Source: Pristiophorus japonicus (lineage: Eukaryota). From it: a DNA stretch of 64,000 nt. The notes below the pieces were generated by a model. That model worked only from the letters and a program-made list of their open reading frames with translations. It made no database searches and was not told the DNA's origin. The stretch lies in NCBI RefSeq assembly GCF_044704955.1, contig NC_091999.1:10788001-10852000 (forward strand), given 5' to 3'. Position 1 is the first letter of the stretch, and every line of letters begins with the position of its first letter. A program made the translations under genes and the position numbers. Positions 11,140-22,744 of this stretch are shown piece by piece.

Positions 11140-13790
11140 GAGCACGAGTAGTTCAGTTATCCCCTCCAGCCTGCTTCGCCATTCAGAGACCATTGCTGTG
11201 ACGTAACTTCATATGTTTTGCGCCATATCCCTTAATAAATTTGGTTAACAAAAACCTATCAATCTCAGACTGAAAATGAACAATTGACCTGCCAACAATT
11301 GCCGTTTACAGAAGATAGTTCCAAACTTCTGCCAAACCTTGAATGTAGAAATGTTTCTTAACTTCACTCCAGAAATGCATGGCTCTAACTTCTAGGCTAT
11401 TTCCCCTAGTCCTAGAGACCCCACGCGATGGAAATAGTTTATCTCTATCTAACCATTAGAAGCTTGAAAACTTCGATCAAATCACAACTGAACCATATAA
11501 TTTCCAGCGAATTCTGCACTAGTTTGTGCAATCTCTCATCGTAATTTAATCCGTGAAGTCCAGTTTTCATTCTGGTAAATCCACGCTGCACACATTGCTG
11601 GGCCAATATATCCTGTCAAAGATGTGCTGCCATGAACTACTCACAGTACTTCAGGTATAGCCTAACCAGGGATTTTTTGCAGCTGTAGCAGAATTTCGAC
11701 CCCCTTGTATACGAGTCCTCTAGATATAAAGGCCAGCATTCCAATAGACGTTTTGTTTATTTTCTGTGTCTGTCCATGACATTTTAATGATCTAGGTGCA
11801 TTGACCCCAAGAATCTTTGTACCTGTATTGTTTCTAGCATTTCACCATTTCGAAAATACCCTCTTCTAGCGGTTTTAGGTCCAAAAGTGGATGAACTCAC
11901 ATTTACCTATATTGAAATCCATTTTCCAGAGTTTTACCCATTCGCTTAATCTAGTAATATCTCCTTGTAATTTTATGTTTCCATATAACCTGCTTACAAT
12001 GGCGGCTATCTTTGTGTTATCGGCAAATTGTTGCTTTTTTATCCCATCATCTCAGTCATTAAAAAATATGGTGAATATTTGAGACCATCACTGAACCTTG
12101 CAAAAAAACTATTATCGTGACTCTTTTTCTCCTGCCGCTCAGCCAGTTTCGTAACAAGGTCAATAATTTGTCTTCACTTCCACGAGCTTCAATTTTAGCT
12201 AGCACTCACTTATGAGAGACTTTATCAAATTCCTGAAGGAAGTCCATATAAATGACATCCATACACACTTCCCTGTCCACTACATTAGTCACCTCTGCAA
12301 AAAATTCAATGAGGTTCGTCTGATATGACCTACCTGTCACAATGCATGCTGGCTGTCTCTGCGCAGCTGAATATTTTTATGGTGTTCATTCACTCTATCC
12401 TAAGTTATAGATTCTAGTAATTTTGTGACAACACATGTTAGGTTACTTGCATATAATACCCTGGCTTTCCTCTCTCACCTGTCTGACATAACGGAGAGAC
12501 AAGCACACTTTTGCCATCGAAATGAACAGTTCCTGAATCAAGAGAAATTTGGTAGATTATAGTTAGGGCATCTGCAATATTCACACCTGCATCCTTGAAA
12601 ATCCTGGCTTGGAAACCATATCGTCCTCGGGATATTTCACACTTTTTGCCATTATTTTATTCATTACTGTTATTTTCTTTATGTTAATTTTTTGAGCTAC
12701 CGACCCAGCTTCAGTTTCCTTTGTATTTCCGGATTGCTGTGCACTTGCTATTTCCAAACAGTGACGCAAAGTGATACTCAACATGTCCTTATTTTCGATG
12801 ATACTTTCACCGTTATCAATTTTCAAGGGACCCACATTGTTCCTGAACACCTATTTTTCTTGATATAATTGCAAAACAAATTGCGTTGATTTTTATATCC
12901 CTTGAAGGTGCACTTACATACTCATTTTTTGTAGATCACTATCTGTTTTGTCACCCTGTGCTTTTCTTTGCATCTTTGCCATTCACCAGGATCTGTGCTA
13001 TTTTTTGCTTTATTGTATGCGTTTTCTTCTCATTTCATGTGGTCTCTTACCTCTTTAGTCATCCATAGTTGTGTATGGCAAGTACAGCTCTTAGCCCTTT
13101 GGGGTATAAACTTATTCTGTGTCACATTAAATTCTGTTTTGAACAACTCCCATCGGTGTTCTGTCATTTCACCCATTAACAGATTTCCACAGTTTCCTGT
13201 GGACAGTCTCTGTCTCATTCTATTGAATTCAGCCTTATCTAAATCTACAATGTTAGTAGCTGTTTCGCGTTTCTCCCTTTCACAGGCTATGATGAACTTG
13301 ATCATACTAAACTCGTTATTAGATAATTATTCATATACCGTTAGGGTGTTAAATAAATCTGGCTCATTACTCATTGCAAATCGAATATGTCATGCCCGCT
13401 TGTTGGTTCCAGTACATATTATTCCAGATAACTCTCCTGACACACTCAGGACACTCACTACCTTTCCAACATTAGTTGGTCAGCTTATCGCAATCTACAT
13501 GAAAGTTACAATCACTCATTAAAACCAATCTGTCTTTGCTACATGTTTGTCTAATCTCTGCATCTGTACATTCTACCACTTCACAACCGCTGTCAGGGGG
13601 CATATAAACAACTCTCACTAAAATCTTAAATCCATGTTATTTCTTAATTCTACCCATTAAGTCTCCACGATCTGCTTAAATCTCGTTTCTCCTCTCTTAT
13701 CATTGATGTGATTTCATCCTTATTCACTAAGGCTACCTGTCCTCCTCTACCATACTCTGCAATCTCTGCTTCTCCTCCTTTAATCTACTG
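11140..13790 (-). mobile_element. Degenerate CR1 LINE (EN-RT ORF2 remnants)
   Basis: NVGPLKIDNGE, KAEFNRMRQRLS and GMLAFISRG-type remnants with many stops. Confidence 0.8.
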
Positions 13791-14029
13791 AGTGACGTTT
13801 TGAGTGTCGTAGTCGGAAGTAGAGAAACTACATCCGATGAGATGTTAAAATGCTCTTACCCAATTATTGCATTCGTTAGTTTTACCAGAAACAGATTGCA
13901 TGAGATAATTCCTCACTTTCTGTTATATCGTCCAGTCGAACACTTTCTCACTTTACTCAGTATAACGCATCGCAACAGTAGGCAGAACTGTTATTCCAAG
14001 CGATTGTTGGTGAAGATAGAGTGGACCCC

Positions 14030-14482
14030 ATGTCTTACTGTCACCTCATCATATTGTGGCTCGTGATTCTATGTATGGACATGCCTTTAACAGTTTGCAC
14101 TGATTTGAAGTGACTAGACATTCTAAGTTATTAGACTTTCTATCTCTGTACTTTATTCAAAGTTAACTTTTATTTCAGGGGAGATTCAGGCAGATTCGGT
14201 GTCACAACCTCAGACCGCGCTCTCCATCGCTGAAGGAGATGGAGTGAAAATAGATTGCAGTTACACAACAAGCCTCGCAAACCCAGATCTGTACTGGTAC
14301 CGGCAGCACACGAACCAGGCTCCGCGTTTTATTTTGTACCGGGATAACAACAACAAAGATGATGCAGATTTTGCTCAGGGAAGATTCGAGGCTGGCCAAG
14401 CAAACGCAGAAAATAAGTTTCCTTTAACAATCAATCGAGCGGAAATACAGGACTCTGCCGTTTATTTCTGTGGGTTACGCTA
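14030..14482 (+). CDS. Functional-looking TCR alpha/delta V segment (V5): leader 14030-14072, V exon 14179-14482
   Basis: Spliced protein MSYCHLIILWLVILWEIQA-DSVSQPQTALSIAEGDGVKIDCSYTTSLANPDLYWYRQHTNQAPRFILYRDNNNKDDADFAQGRF...DSAVYFCGLR. GT-AG phase-1 intron; no stops. Confidence 0.93.
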
Positions 14483-14520
14483 CACAGTGTTTAAAGCTCA
14501 TCTCTCACTGTACAAAAACC
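14483..14520 (+). promoter_or_regulatory. RSS of V5 (consensus heptamer and nonamer, 22-bp spacer)
   Basis: CACAGTG-22 bp-ACAAAAACC. Confidence 0.95.
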
Positions 14521-14639
14521 TGAGTGAAATAAAACTGTCACAGACGGTGCCTCAACCCTCTGATTCAGAGGCGCGAGTGAGACTGATTGAGCGACGGCTG
14601 ACACAGACAGACAGTTGAATAGAACCGTTCCTTGTCTGC

Positions 14640-15025
14640 AAGTGTCAGCCGTGGCTCAACCGCTCTCACTGATGCCTTGGGTCAGAAAGTTTTCATGTGA
14701 AGTCTGACTCCATGGACTCGGGCTGCATAATCCAGGACCGACACTATCGATGCTGGTACTGAGGGAGAACTGCACTATCCGAGGGCATAGCGTATTTCAG
14801 TGAGATGTTAAAAGAAGAGCCTCTTTGCTTTTGCAAGTGGATGTGAAATATTCCACGGCACTATTTTGAAAAAAGCATCAGAGCTCACCCAGGTGACGTG
14901 GGCCAAATTCATCCGAAATTCAGATAATCGCAGTGCTCTTTGTGGGATCTTGACGTGCAGAAATTGGCCAGCGTGTTGCGTGCATGACACAGTATATTTT
15001 TAAATTACTTCGTTGGCATTTTGGG
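14640..15025 (+). mobile_element. tRNA-derived SINE (degenerate)
   Basis: GTGGCTCA A-box-like head; body resembles the minus-strand copies at 28630-29035 and 48985-49442. Confidence 0.6.
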
Positions 15026-15691
15026 ATGTGTGCTGCAGTCTGTATGGACCAGGGCGCCTTTTCCTATCTGTCATTGTTCCTATATAAAGCATTTTATACA
15101 TTGCAAATCCTGGAGTGGTCTCTCTTCCAATCTGGCTGCGATGATGTCAATTATTTTATTGGCCCTGGCACCTGGCCATTGGCGCATTGCGCCTTTCAAG
15201 GGACCGGATTTGAGGCTCTTTGCAACAATCCGCGTACAGCACTTGAGCCCAGAACCATCAGGGCACATTTTCTCAGGAGCATCGGCTCAGTTTAAGAGTT
15301 GTAAGCTTCATTAAATTGCTCAATTTCTTTGTTCCATTTTCTCTCTTACCCACATCCTGCAAAACGACTTTTGATGACCTAGTTTTTTGGATGCGAATAA
15401 AACATCGAACCGCAGGATTGTCAGTTATATTTATAAAAATAAATAACTTGCATGATGAAAAATCTTGCGGTTGCTAACCGACAGCAACGGTTTATATTTA
15501 GTGCTTTTTAAGGCAAGTGGAATATGGTAGCATAGCCTTAGATTCTCAGTTATTTTAAATTTTCTGTAAACATTTCTGTGCTCGGTGTGTTTTATAGTGG
15601 GAGAAGGGAAGTTGTAAAGCCAGAATAACAGTGGAAAAAACAGAGAGAATAGCAATCCCTGAAATATTATCATCAGAAAGCGACTGAAATG

Positions 15692-16030
15692 CCTTTTGAA
15701 ATTCCAAATACTCCACATTCCCGGATTCTCCCTTGTCCACTCTACTAGTTAAAAACAAAGTAAGGAGGAATTTCTTCTCTCAAGAGGTCGCGAATCTTTG
15801 GGATTCTCTACCTCAGAGAGTTGTGAAGTGTCGTTCATTGGATGTATTTAAGGTGGAGATATACCGATTTTTGAACGATTACGGAGTCAAAGGTTATGGG
15901 GATCGGGCGTGGAAGAGGGGTTGAGGCCAGAATCAGATCTGCCATGATATGTTTGAATGGCGGAGCAGGCTCGAGAAGCCAATTGGCCTGCTCCTACTCC
16001 TATTTCTTATTTTCTGATGTTGTGATGTTT
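15692..16030. mobile_element. CR1 3' fragment with an inverted 5' piece, at the duplication breakpoint
   Basis: Minus-strand YLEFQKAF at 15692-15750, then plus-strand RRNFFSQEVANLWDSLP and 3' UTR. Confidence 0.7.
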
Positions 16031-16579
16031 TCCTTACTTAATAATTCTCGTGAGGTCGCTGAGGATCCCAGGATTTATTGGCCATTCCGCAGATTCCCCT
16101 TGATAAGCTGATGGTGGTCCTTTTTCTTGGACTGCTCATTTCTGCTCTTTACACCCGTTTGATACAATTGACTGGCTTACTAGGCCACTTCACCGAACAG
16201 TCAAGAGATAACTATGTTGTGTATGGCACTGGAGTCCCATAAGGGACAGAGGCGGATAAAGCGGCAGTTTTCCTGCCCAATTAAGAACGTTGGTGATGTA
16301 GTTGGGGTTTTACCACAATCCGAGTTTCAGGATTATTTTTACCAACAACTGCTTCTTATTTATTTGTAAAACATTTGAATTCAAATTTCTAAACTAGCAT
16401 AGTAGAAGTTGAACAAGCACACTCGAGAGTATTAGCTCACACCTAGGGATTATTTGTTGAGTAACAGAAGCAGCACACTACTACACGCCTTAAAACTTCA
16501 TTTTCTTTGCATCAACCAATCGATATGACAGTGTCAAGTGTAATATAAACAGAGAGTTGGTTTAGTGCAGCCATAAATC

Positions 16580-16950
16580 AGACAGGTACAAATGTAATGT
16601 AATAGGAGATATTTAGATAGAGACAGATGGAAAGAAATAGATAGAGAATCAGATTGAAATGAAGAGAAGGGAAGAGAGTAAGAGATAATGAGAGAGTGAA
16701 ACAATGCGAGGTTGAGACAGAGAGAGATACAGAGCGAAGAACAGAGAGAGTGAGAGCGAGAGAGATACAGAAAAAGGGATATTGTGAGAGACAGAGAGAC
16801 AGGTAGACAGCGAGATAGGCAGACAGAGACACGAAGAAAATGAGATACATACAGTGAGAATCAGATGGAGACGAGAGACACAGAGATAGTGAAAAAATAG
16901 ACAGTGGCATAGAGTGACAGAGAAAGGACCACAGCGAGAGAAACAGATAG
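16580..16950. repeat. GA-rich low-complexity repeat
   Basis: (GA)n/(GACA)n-like tract. Confidence 0.85.
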
Positions 16951-17263
16951 ATGAGCTGAAGCAAAGGTTTTACATCGTTAAACTAAAAAAAGGAAGAAGA
17001 GATGTCAATTAATTATGAATAAAGACTGGATACAAAGGGTGAGATGGGACAGGCATGCAAAGAAAGGGCATTGAAAGAAAATGTGCCACAGATGCCGTTG
17101 CGCCGTGTATTTCTATTTTAAATGTGCTTTAAATTCACCAGCTAATTACACCACTGACCGTCACCGCTTCTTGTTAAGAATTGTGTTTTATTTGACTTTT
17201 AAGAAAGTCCCTGTGAGTCTCACTGTGGAGGCTGAATTATCGCTTTTGTTTATCAGCGTGAGA

Positions 17264-17277
17264 GCGCCCTCTGGTGA
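17264..17277 (-). promoter_or_regulatory. Candidate CTCF site 24 bp downstream of the V6 nonamer
   Basis: TCACCAGAGGGCGC versus the core consensus CCACCAGRGGGCGC. Confidence 0.65.
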
Positions 17278-17301
17278 GCACTGACTGGAATTCACAGTGA
17301 G

Positions 17302-17341
17302 GGTTCTTGTACGGGCTCTGCCATAGATCTGCACCAGTGTG
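17302..17341 (-). promoter_or_regulatory. RSS of V6 (24-bp spacer)
   Basis: CACACTG-24 bp-ACAAGAACC. Confidence 0.85.
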
Positions 17342-17788
17342 GGGCTCATGGCACAGAAATACACGGCGGTGTCTGAGATCAAGGCCTTGCTGATCGTTAG
17401 CTCGGTAATCTTAGTCGTTTTATGAAACACAGAAGAGAATCGGTCAGTGAAGTCGGGGTTTCGATTTACTGCCGTTCCAATAAGGTAAAACACGTACTGA
17501 GGGTTCTGCCCGTGGTGCTGACTGTACCAGAACGCAGAAGGGTTAGGATAGCTGGTTTTCAAGGTGCAGTTTAATGTCACATTCCTTTCCTCTTCAATCT
17601 TCATTTCGAGAACCGACTGTTCCACTGTGTCTTGTTGGCTCCATTCTAAAAAAAAATAATAGTAATTGTCATCATCACATTATCAAATTACCAATAATAA
17701 CATCAGGGGAAGAATTATTATTTATTCAAAGGAAATACTTACTGAGAAGTGATATAATGATGAAGAGCGGTGCGAGACGGTTCCACAT
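17342..17788 (-). CDS. Functional-looking TCR alpha/delta V segment (V6): leader 17743-17788, V exon 17342-17645
   Basis: MWNRLAPLFIIISLL-KWSQQDTVEQSVLEMKIEEERNVTLNCTLKTSYPNPSAFWYSQ...RF...DTAVYFCAMSP. GTAAGT donor, TTAG acceptor. Confidence 0.92.
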
Positions 17789-18332
17789 GATGCTCCCTGA
17801 GTCACTAACTCTGCAATCCTGGAAATTCTCTGTCGGAGCAGCAATACAGATCCCTGCTCCACTGCACTGCTGGTCCAACCAATGTGAAGCAGGGAACAGC
17901 GACAGCGATCTCTCCAATTACACAGGTGAGGCAATGCGTGGCAGAGCGACAGCAGCAAATGGAAGCTGTGGGCGTGGCTGTCACGTGCAGTGTTTTCATA
18001 GGTAGGATCCATCTGTGAGACACGAATTGCAAAATGATTACATTATTCGACAGTTACCGAAATCTTCAACAGTGATCGGTTAAAACTAGGTGCTGAATTC
18101 AGCGATGGGAAAGAGAACAAAACTGTGAGGAAAAGTATAACATTAATGAGCTGAAATGTGAAATCAAAAGGAATTTTATCCTAATTTATATTGAATAATA
18201 TAATTGCGGATTGACCACTGTCCTTTGACTGAACTGGCCGTTTTCGGAACCGATTTGACTGTTACCCAATCAATTCACACTTTGCTCAGAGAGGAGAAGT
18301 TGTACGAGAGCGGGACTTTTCCGCATACTATG

Positions 18333-18600
18333 GCACTCAGCACAGCAATAGGTTCCGGTATTCACAAACTCTGCATGGCCGAAGCCCAGTATGTTCAGAC
18401 TTTGATCCCGGTTGGTACGGATCTTAAACCGGATTTGATCGCGTTCTGATTTGATTCCACAATAGATGTATCTCGGGGCCGTGCTCACTAGCCGGCTGTA
18501 CCAACAGATGTTGTCGGTCTTGCTCAACCCACGCTGGATTCTGACAGGATTTCCTTCCACGGACAAGTCTCAGGCAGGTAGAGAATCTTGGCCAAATTCG
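18333..18600 (-). pseudogene. Decayed V pseudogene (V7), distinct short family
   Basis: FGQDSLPA*DLSVEGNPVRIQRGLSKTDNICWYSR..APRYIY..RF..NTGTYCCAE. Degenerate RSS CATAGTA-22-ACAACTTCT at 18295-18332. Confidence 0.75.
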
Positions 18601-19060
18601 GTGCAACTTTCGACAAAATGTAATAATTACCTGGAATGTATAGCATAGAAACAGCTCATAGAATCAGAGACCAATTGCGAAATAGAGAAGAGAAAGAGTT
18701 AAAGAAATTTCGAAATGAACAGGGTTCAAACATAGGTGGAGGAAAATAAAGTGAAAGTACGAAAGCAAGAATGAGAAAGACAAAGAGACAAAGCCCTGCA
18801 ATACTGAGAGTGTAGAGGACAGCAAATGAGAAAAAGGGAAAGAGATGTGAAAGAAGGTGATAAGTAATGAGAGAAGGACAACACTAACAGGTAAAACATG
18901 TTCTTTCCTTTATATTCCCTCACATTTCAGTTCCGCCTATTTAGACAGTTGAATTGTCTGAAACAATAGTCTCAAATAATAGGCCACTGGAAACCACCCA
19001 ATCGATGAACTCACACTTTGCTCTGCCCATTATCCAGACTGTGTGAAATCCTCAGATTCA

Positions 19061-19074
19061 CCATCAGAGGGCGC
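19061..19074 (+). promoter_or_regulatory. Candidate CTCF site between V7 and the V8 promoter
   Basis: CCATCAGAGGGCGC. Confidence 0.55.
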
Positions 19075-19337
19075 TGGGGTCACATGTTTCTCTCCATCAT
19101 CTCCCGGAAATTCTAGAGACAAATCTTGCTGTAACACTGTCCAAGGCAGCCCCGCCCACAGCTTCCATTTTCCGCTCTCGCTCAGACCCACGTTGCCAGC
19201 CTTGTGTTATTGGAGAGATTGCTACCGCTGCTCCCTGTTTGCATTGGTGGGATCAGCTTTGCAGTGGCGCGGGGATCTGTAATTCTGCTCCCACAGAGGA
19301 TTTCCCGGACTGCAGAGTTACAGACTGAGGGAGCATC

Positions 19338-19840
19338 ATGCGGAACCGCCTCACAGCACTCCTCATCATTATATCACTTCTCAGTAAGTCTTTCCTTGTC
19401 ATTAAAAATCCATTTTCACCTGGACTGCTGTAACTCAGCTGTTATTATTGGTAAAATGATGTTGATGATTATGTTGATTGGGATTATGGTGATGTTGATG
19501 AAGAAGATGGTGATGATTACAATTATTTTATGTTAGAATGGTGCCACCAAGACACAATAGAACAGCTGGTCCCTGAAATGATCATTGCAGAGGAAAGTAA
19601 TGTCACACTAACCTGCAACTTGAAAACAGGCGATACTGCCCCTTATGTGTACTGGTACAGTCAGCACCCCGGGAAGCAGCCATAGTACGTGCATCACCTT
19701 ATCGGTGGGGATGTATACAGGAACACTGACATCACTGATGGATTCTTCTCAACGTTTACTAAAATTAACAAGATTACTGTGCTCACGATCGCCAAAGCCC
19801 TGATCTCCGTCACCGCCGTACATTTCTGTGCGATGGAACC
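19338..19840 (+). pseudogene. TCR V pseudogene (V8), inverted paralogue of V6: leader 19338-19383, V exon 19537-19840
   Basis: MRNRLTALLIIISLL; DTIEQLVPEMIIAEESNVTLTCNLKTGDTAPYVYWYSQHPGKQP*(TAG 19683-19685)..TAVHFCAMEP. RSS CACACTG-24-ACAAAAACC at 19841-19880; CTCF-like GAACCAGAGGGCGC at 19905-19918. Confidence 0.92.
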
Positions 19841-20169
19841 CACACTGCTACAGAGTTATTGTGGATCCCTTACAAAAACCCACGCTGAGAGTTCCAGTTG
19901 CTGCGAACCAGAGGGCGCTCTCATACCGATAATCAGAAGCAATAATTCAGCATGCTCTGTCAGTATCACAGGGAGATTCTTTAAAGGCGACAAAACTAAA
20001 CCAACGACGAGTCTGCCCTTCTGCTTCTGTCTTCCTGACAGCGTCGGAGTGACACAATCTCCATGATTTAGGTCTTAAAATACATGTTCCATCGGGGAAA
20101 GAACAAACCATCGAGTGTTTGCAATTCAGAACCTAAAAATGTTGCAAATTAGAGAAAAGAGGAAACGTG

Positions 20170-20510
20170 TTTCATGCAAAATCATCAGTGCCATCGATTT
20201 ACCCATAATAACAATTGGGTCACAACAGCCCGGGGGAGGATGGATTTTTTTCTGGGAATGCAATATCACTGCGAAGTGATATAATGATGAGGAACTGTAC
20301 GAGACGGTTCCGCATGATGCCCCTGAGTCTGGATTTCTGCAGTCTGCGAAATTCATATTCGGAGCAGAAATACAGATGTTCGCCCAACTGCAGAGTTAAT
20401 CCAACCAATGTCAAACAAGAAACGGCGGGAGCAATATCTCCAGTAATTCAGGGCAGGCATGGTGGGTCAGAGTGTGTGGAGCAAATGTAAGCTGTGAGTG
20501 GAGCTGGTAA
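20170..20510 (-). pseudogene. Orphan promoter plus leader exon (20270-20315) of the V6/V8 family, with no V exon
   Basis: MRNRLVQFLIIISLR followed by a partial intron; upstream matches the family promoter module. Confidence 0.75.
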
Positions 20511-20600
20511 AGTGGGAGGGAGAATAAATAAATAGTCACCTGACCCCTTCGTCTGATCCATCTGCACCTCATCTCATCGCATTTTGCTGAAACATGTCAG

Positions 20601-21602
20601 TCATAGAAACATAAAACATAGAAGCAGAGAAAATAGATGCAGGAGTAGGCCATTCGGCCCTTCGAGCCTGCACCGCCATTCAATGAGTTCATGGCTGAAC
20701 ATACAACTTCATTACCCCATTCCTGCTTTCTTTGCATACCCCTTGATCCCCCTAGTAGTAAGAACTACATCGAAGTCCTTTTTGAATATATTCAGTGAAT
20801 TGGCGTCAACAAATTTCTGTAGTAGAAAATTCCACAGGGTCACCACGCTCTGAATGAAGAAGTTTCTCCTCATCTCGGTCCTAAATGGTTTACCCCTTAT
20901 CTTTCGACTGGGGCCCCTGGTTCTGGACTTCCTCAACATTGGGAATATTGTTCCTGCATCTAATCTGTGTAAACCCGTCAGAATTTTAAACGTTTCTATG
21001 AGATACCCTCTCATTCTGCTGAACCCCAGTGAATACAAGCCCAGTTGATCCAGTCTTTCTTGATATGTCAGTCCCGCCATCCCGGGAATCAGTCTGGTGA
21101 ACCTTCGCTGCACTCCCCCAATAGCAAGAAAGTCCTTCCTCAAGTTAGGAGACCAAAACTGTACACAATACTCCAGGTGTGGCCTTACCAAGGCCCTGTA
21201 CATCTGTAATAACACCTCCCTCACCTATACTCAAATCCCCTCGCTATGAAGGCCAACATGTTATTTGCTTTCTTAACCGCCAGTTGTACTTGCATGCCAA
21301 CCTTCAATGGTTGATGTACCATGACACCCAGATCTCGTTGCACGTCCCCGTTTCCTAATCGGTCACAATTCAGATAATAGTCTGTCTCTCTGTATTTACC
21401 ACCAAAGTGGATAACCTCACATTTATCCACATTATACTTCATCAGCAATGAATTTACCCACTCACTTACCCTATCCAAGTCACTCTGCAACCTCATAGCA
21501 TCCTCCTCGCAGCTCACACTGCCACTCAACTTAGTGTCATCCACAAATTTGGAGATACTACATTTAATCCCCTCGTCTTAATCATTAATGAGCAATGTAA
21601 AC
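20601..21602 (-). mobile_element. 5'-truncated CR1 LINE, low divergence
   Basis: DDTKLSGSVSCEEDAMRLQSDLDR..LVRPHLEYCVQFWSP; CATAGAAA-type tail. Confidence 0.95.
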
Positions 21603-22209
21603 ATTATTCCCAATTTCATTCGTATAACAGGTGGCGTTTTTATAATTTACCATATCGTTGTGTTCGAATACCCCGGGACCAGCTTGCTGTCTATATTAAC
21701 CTTTATATCACCAGTGTGCAGAACTAATGGTCAGTGAGTAGCTCCTGTAGTTAGAGCCCTTTCTGATACGTGTACAACAGTAACTGTTTCCCTTTCCTGC
21801 CTCAAATTGATAGATTGCACCAGTTTAGAGAATTGAGACCCCATTGCATCTGAAAACAGTGAGCGATTTGCTGTCGAATCAACGTGAAATTTATATTTCT
21901 ATCCGTTCAAGGACCTGTACTCATCAGTTCAAGGCGGCAGCAAATAGATTGCACCGAGGGAATGTGGCTGTGCTGATTGTGTCCAGAAAGGGAAGCAAGA
22001 TATGAAAAACAACCTATGACTCAGGAATGAGTGGGTGCAGCTTGTTATATGATCTTCTGGAATTGTCGGACGGATTGTTAAAAGTGTTGGCGCATTGCTG
22101 AGAGGGAAGGAAGCCAATTCTGGAATAGTTTGCATCGAGTCTGTTCCTCATTCATCTCAAAATATTGACAACTGAACATACATCAATATCCTCCTCAAGA
22201 TATCAATCA

Positions 22210-22470
22210 TTGTGTGCCCGTCTGTGTTTATTCTGGTATGTGTGTCTGTGTGTGTTTGAGCGTGTGTCTATCTATTTTTCTCTGTTTCTGTGCATTTCTG
22301 AGTGTGAGTGTGTGTGTGTGTATGCCTATGAGTGTGCGCGGTAGAGAGAGAATGTGGTTGTGTGTTTGAGTGTGTGAAAGGGTGTGCATGTGTGCCTGTC
22401 TGTGTTTGCGTGTGTGTGTATGTCTATGTGAATGAGTTTGTGTGTGCGTCTGCGTGTGTGTGTGTGTTTC
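22210..22470. repeat. TG-rich microsatellite
   Basis: (TG)n-like tract. Confidence 0.9.
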
Positions 22471-22744
22471 AATGTTCCTGTGGCTGTGCCGGTGGTAATG
22501 TGTTTTTTCCTCCAATGCTCTGCATGATGCTTGTATTTGACAGAAGGGTGCGCATCTGATCACTTGTTAAAGAACTTGCATCTCAAGCAAAGTACAAGTA
22601 AATATACGTCATTAAGCTCCAAATATGTCAAACATTGTGTGTAGTTTTGTTAATGTTGGTATGCGTGTGTAACCTATATTTTTATGACTGCAACTATTAA
22701 TGAGACGCATTGATGGCAGGAATACCTTCACTTATTACCTTAAA

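Noticed and set aside
17293-17299. Extra CACAGTG on the plus strand just beyond the V6 nonamer
   Set aside because: No nonamer at 12 or 23 bp and not conserved in V8.
20030-20130. GVTQSP...GKEQTIECLQ, resembling a V FR1 fragment
   Set aside because: Needs a frameshift and has no W, YxC or RSS; too short to call.
21605-22015. Scattered V-like peptides (YPGTSLL, SERFAVE)
   Set aside because: Not colinear in spacing or frame, no clear cysteines or RSS.
16578-22563. Low-complexity ORFs in GA and TG tracts, and antisense ORFs over LINEs
   Set aside because: Artefacts of simple repeats or shadow frames.
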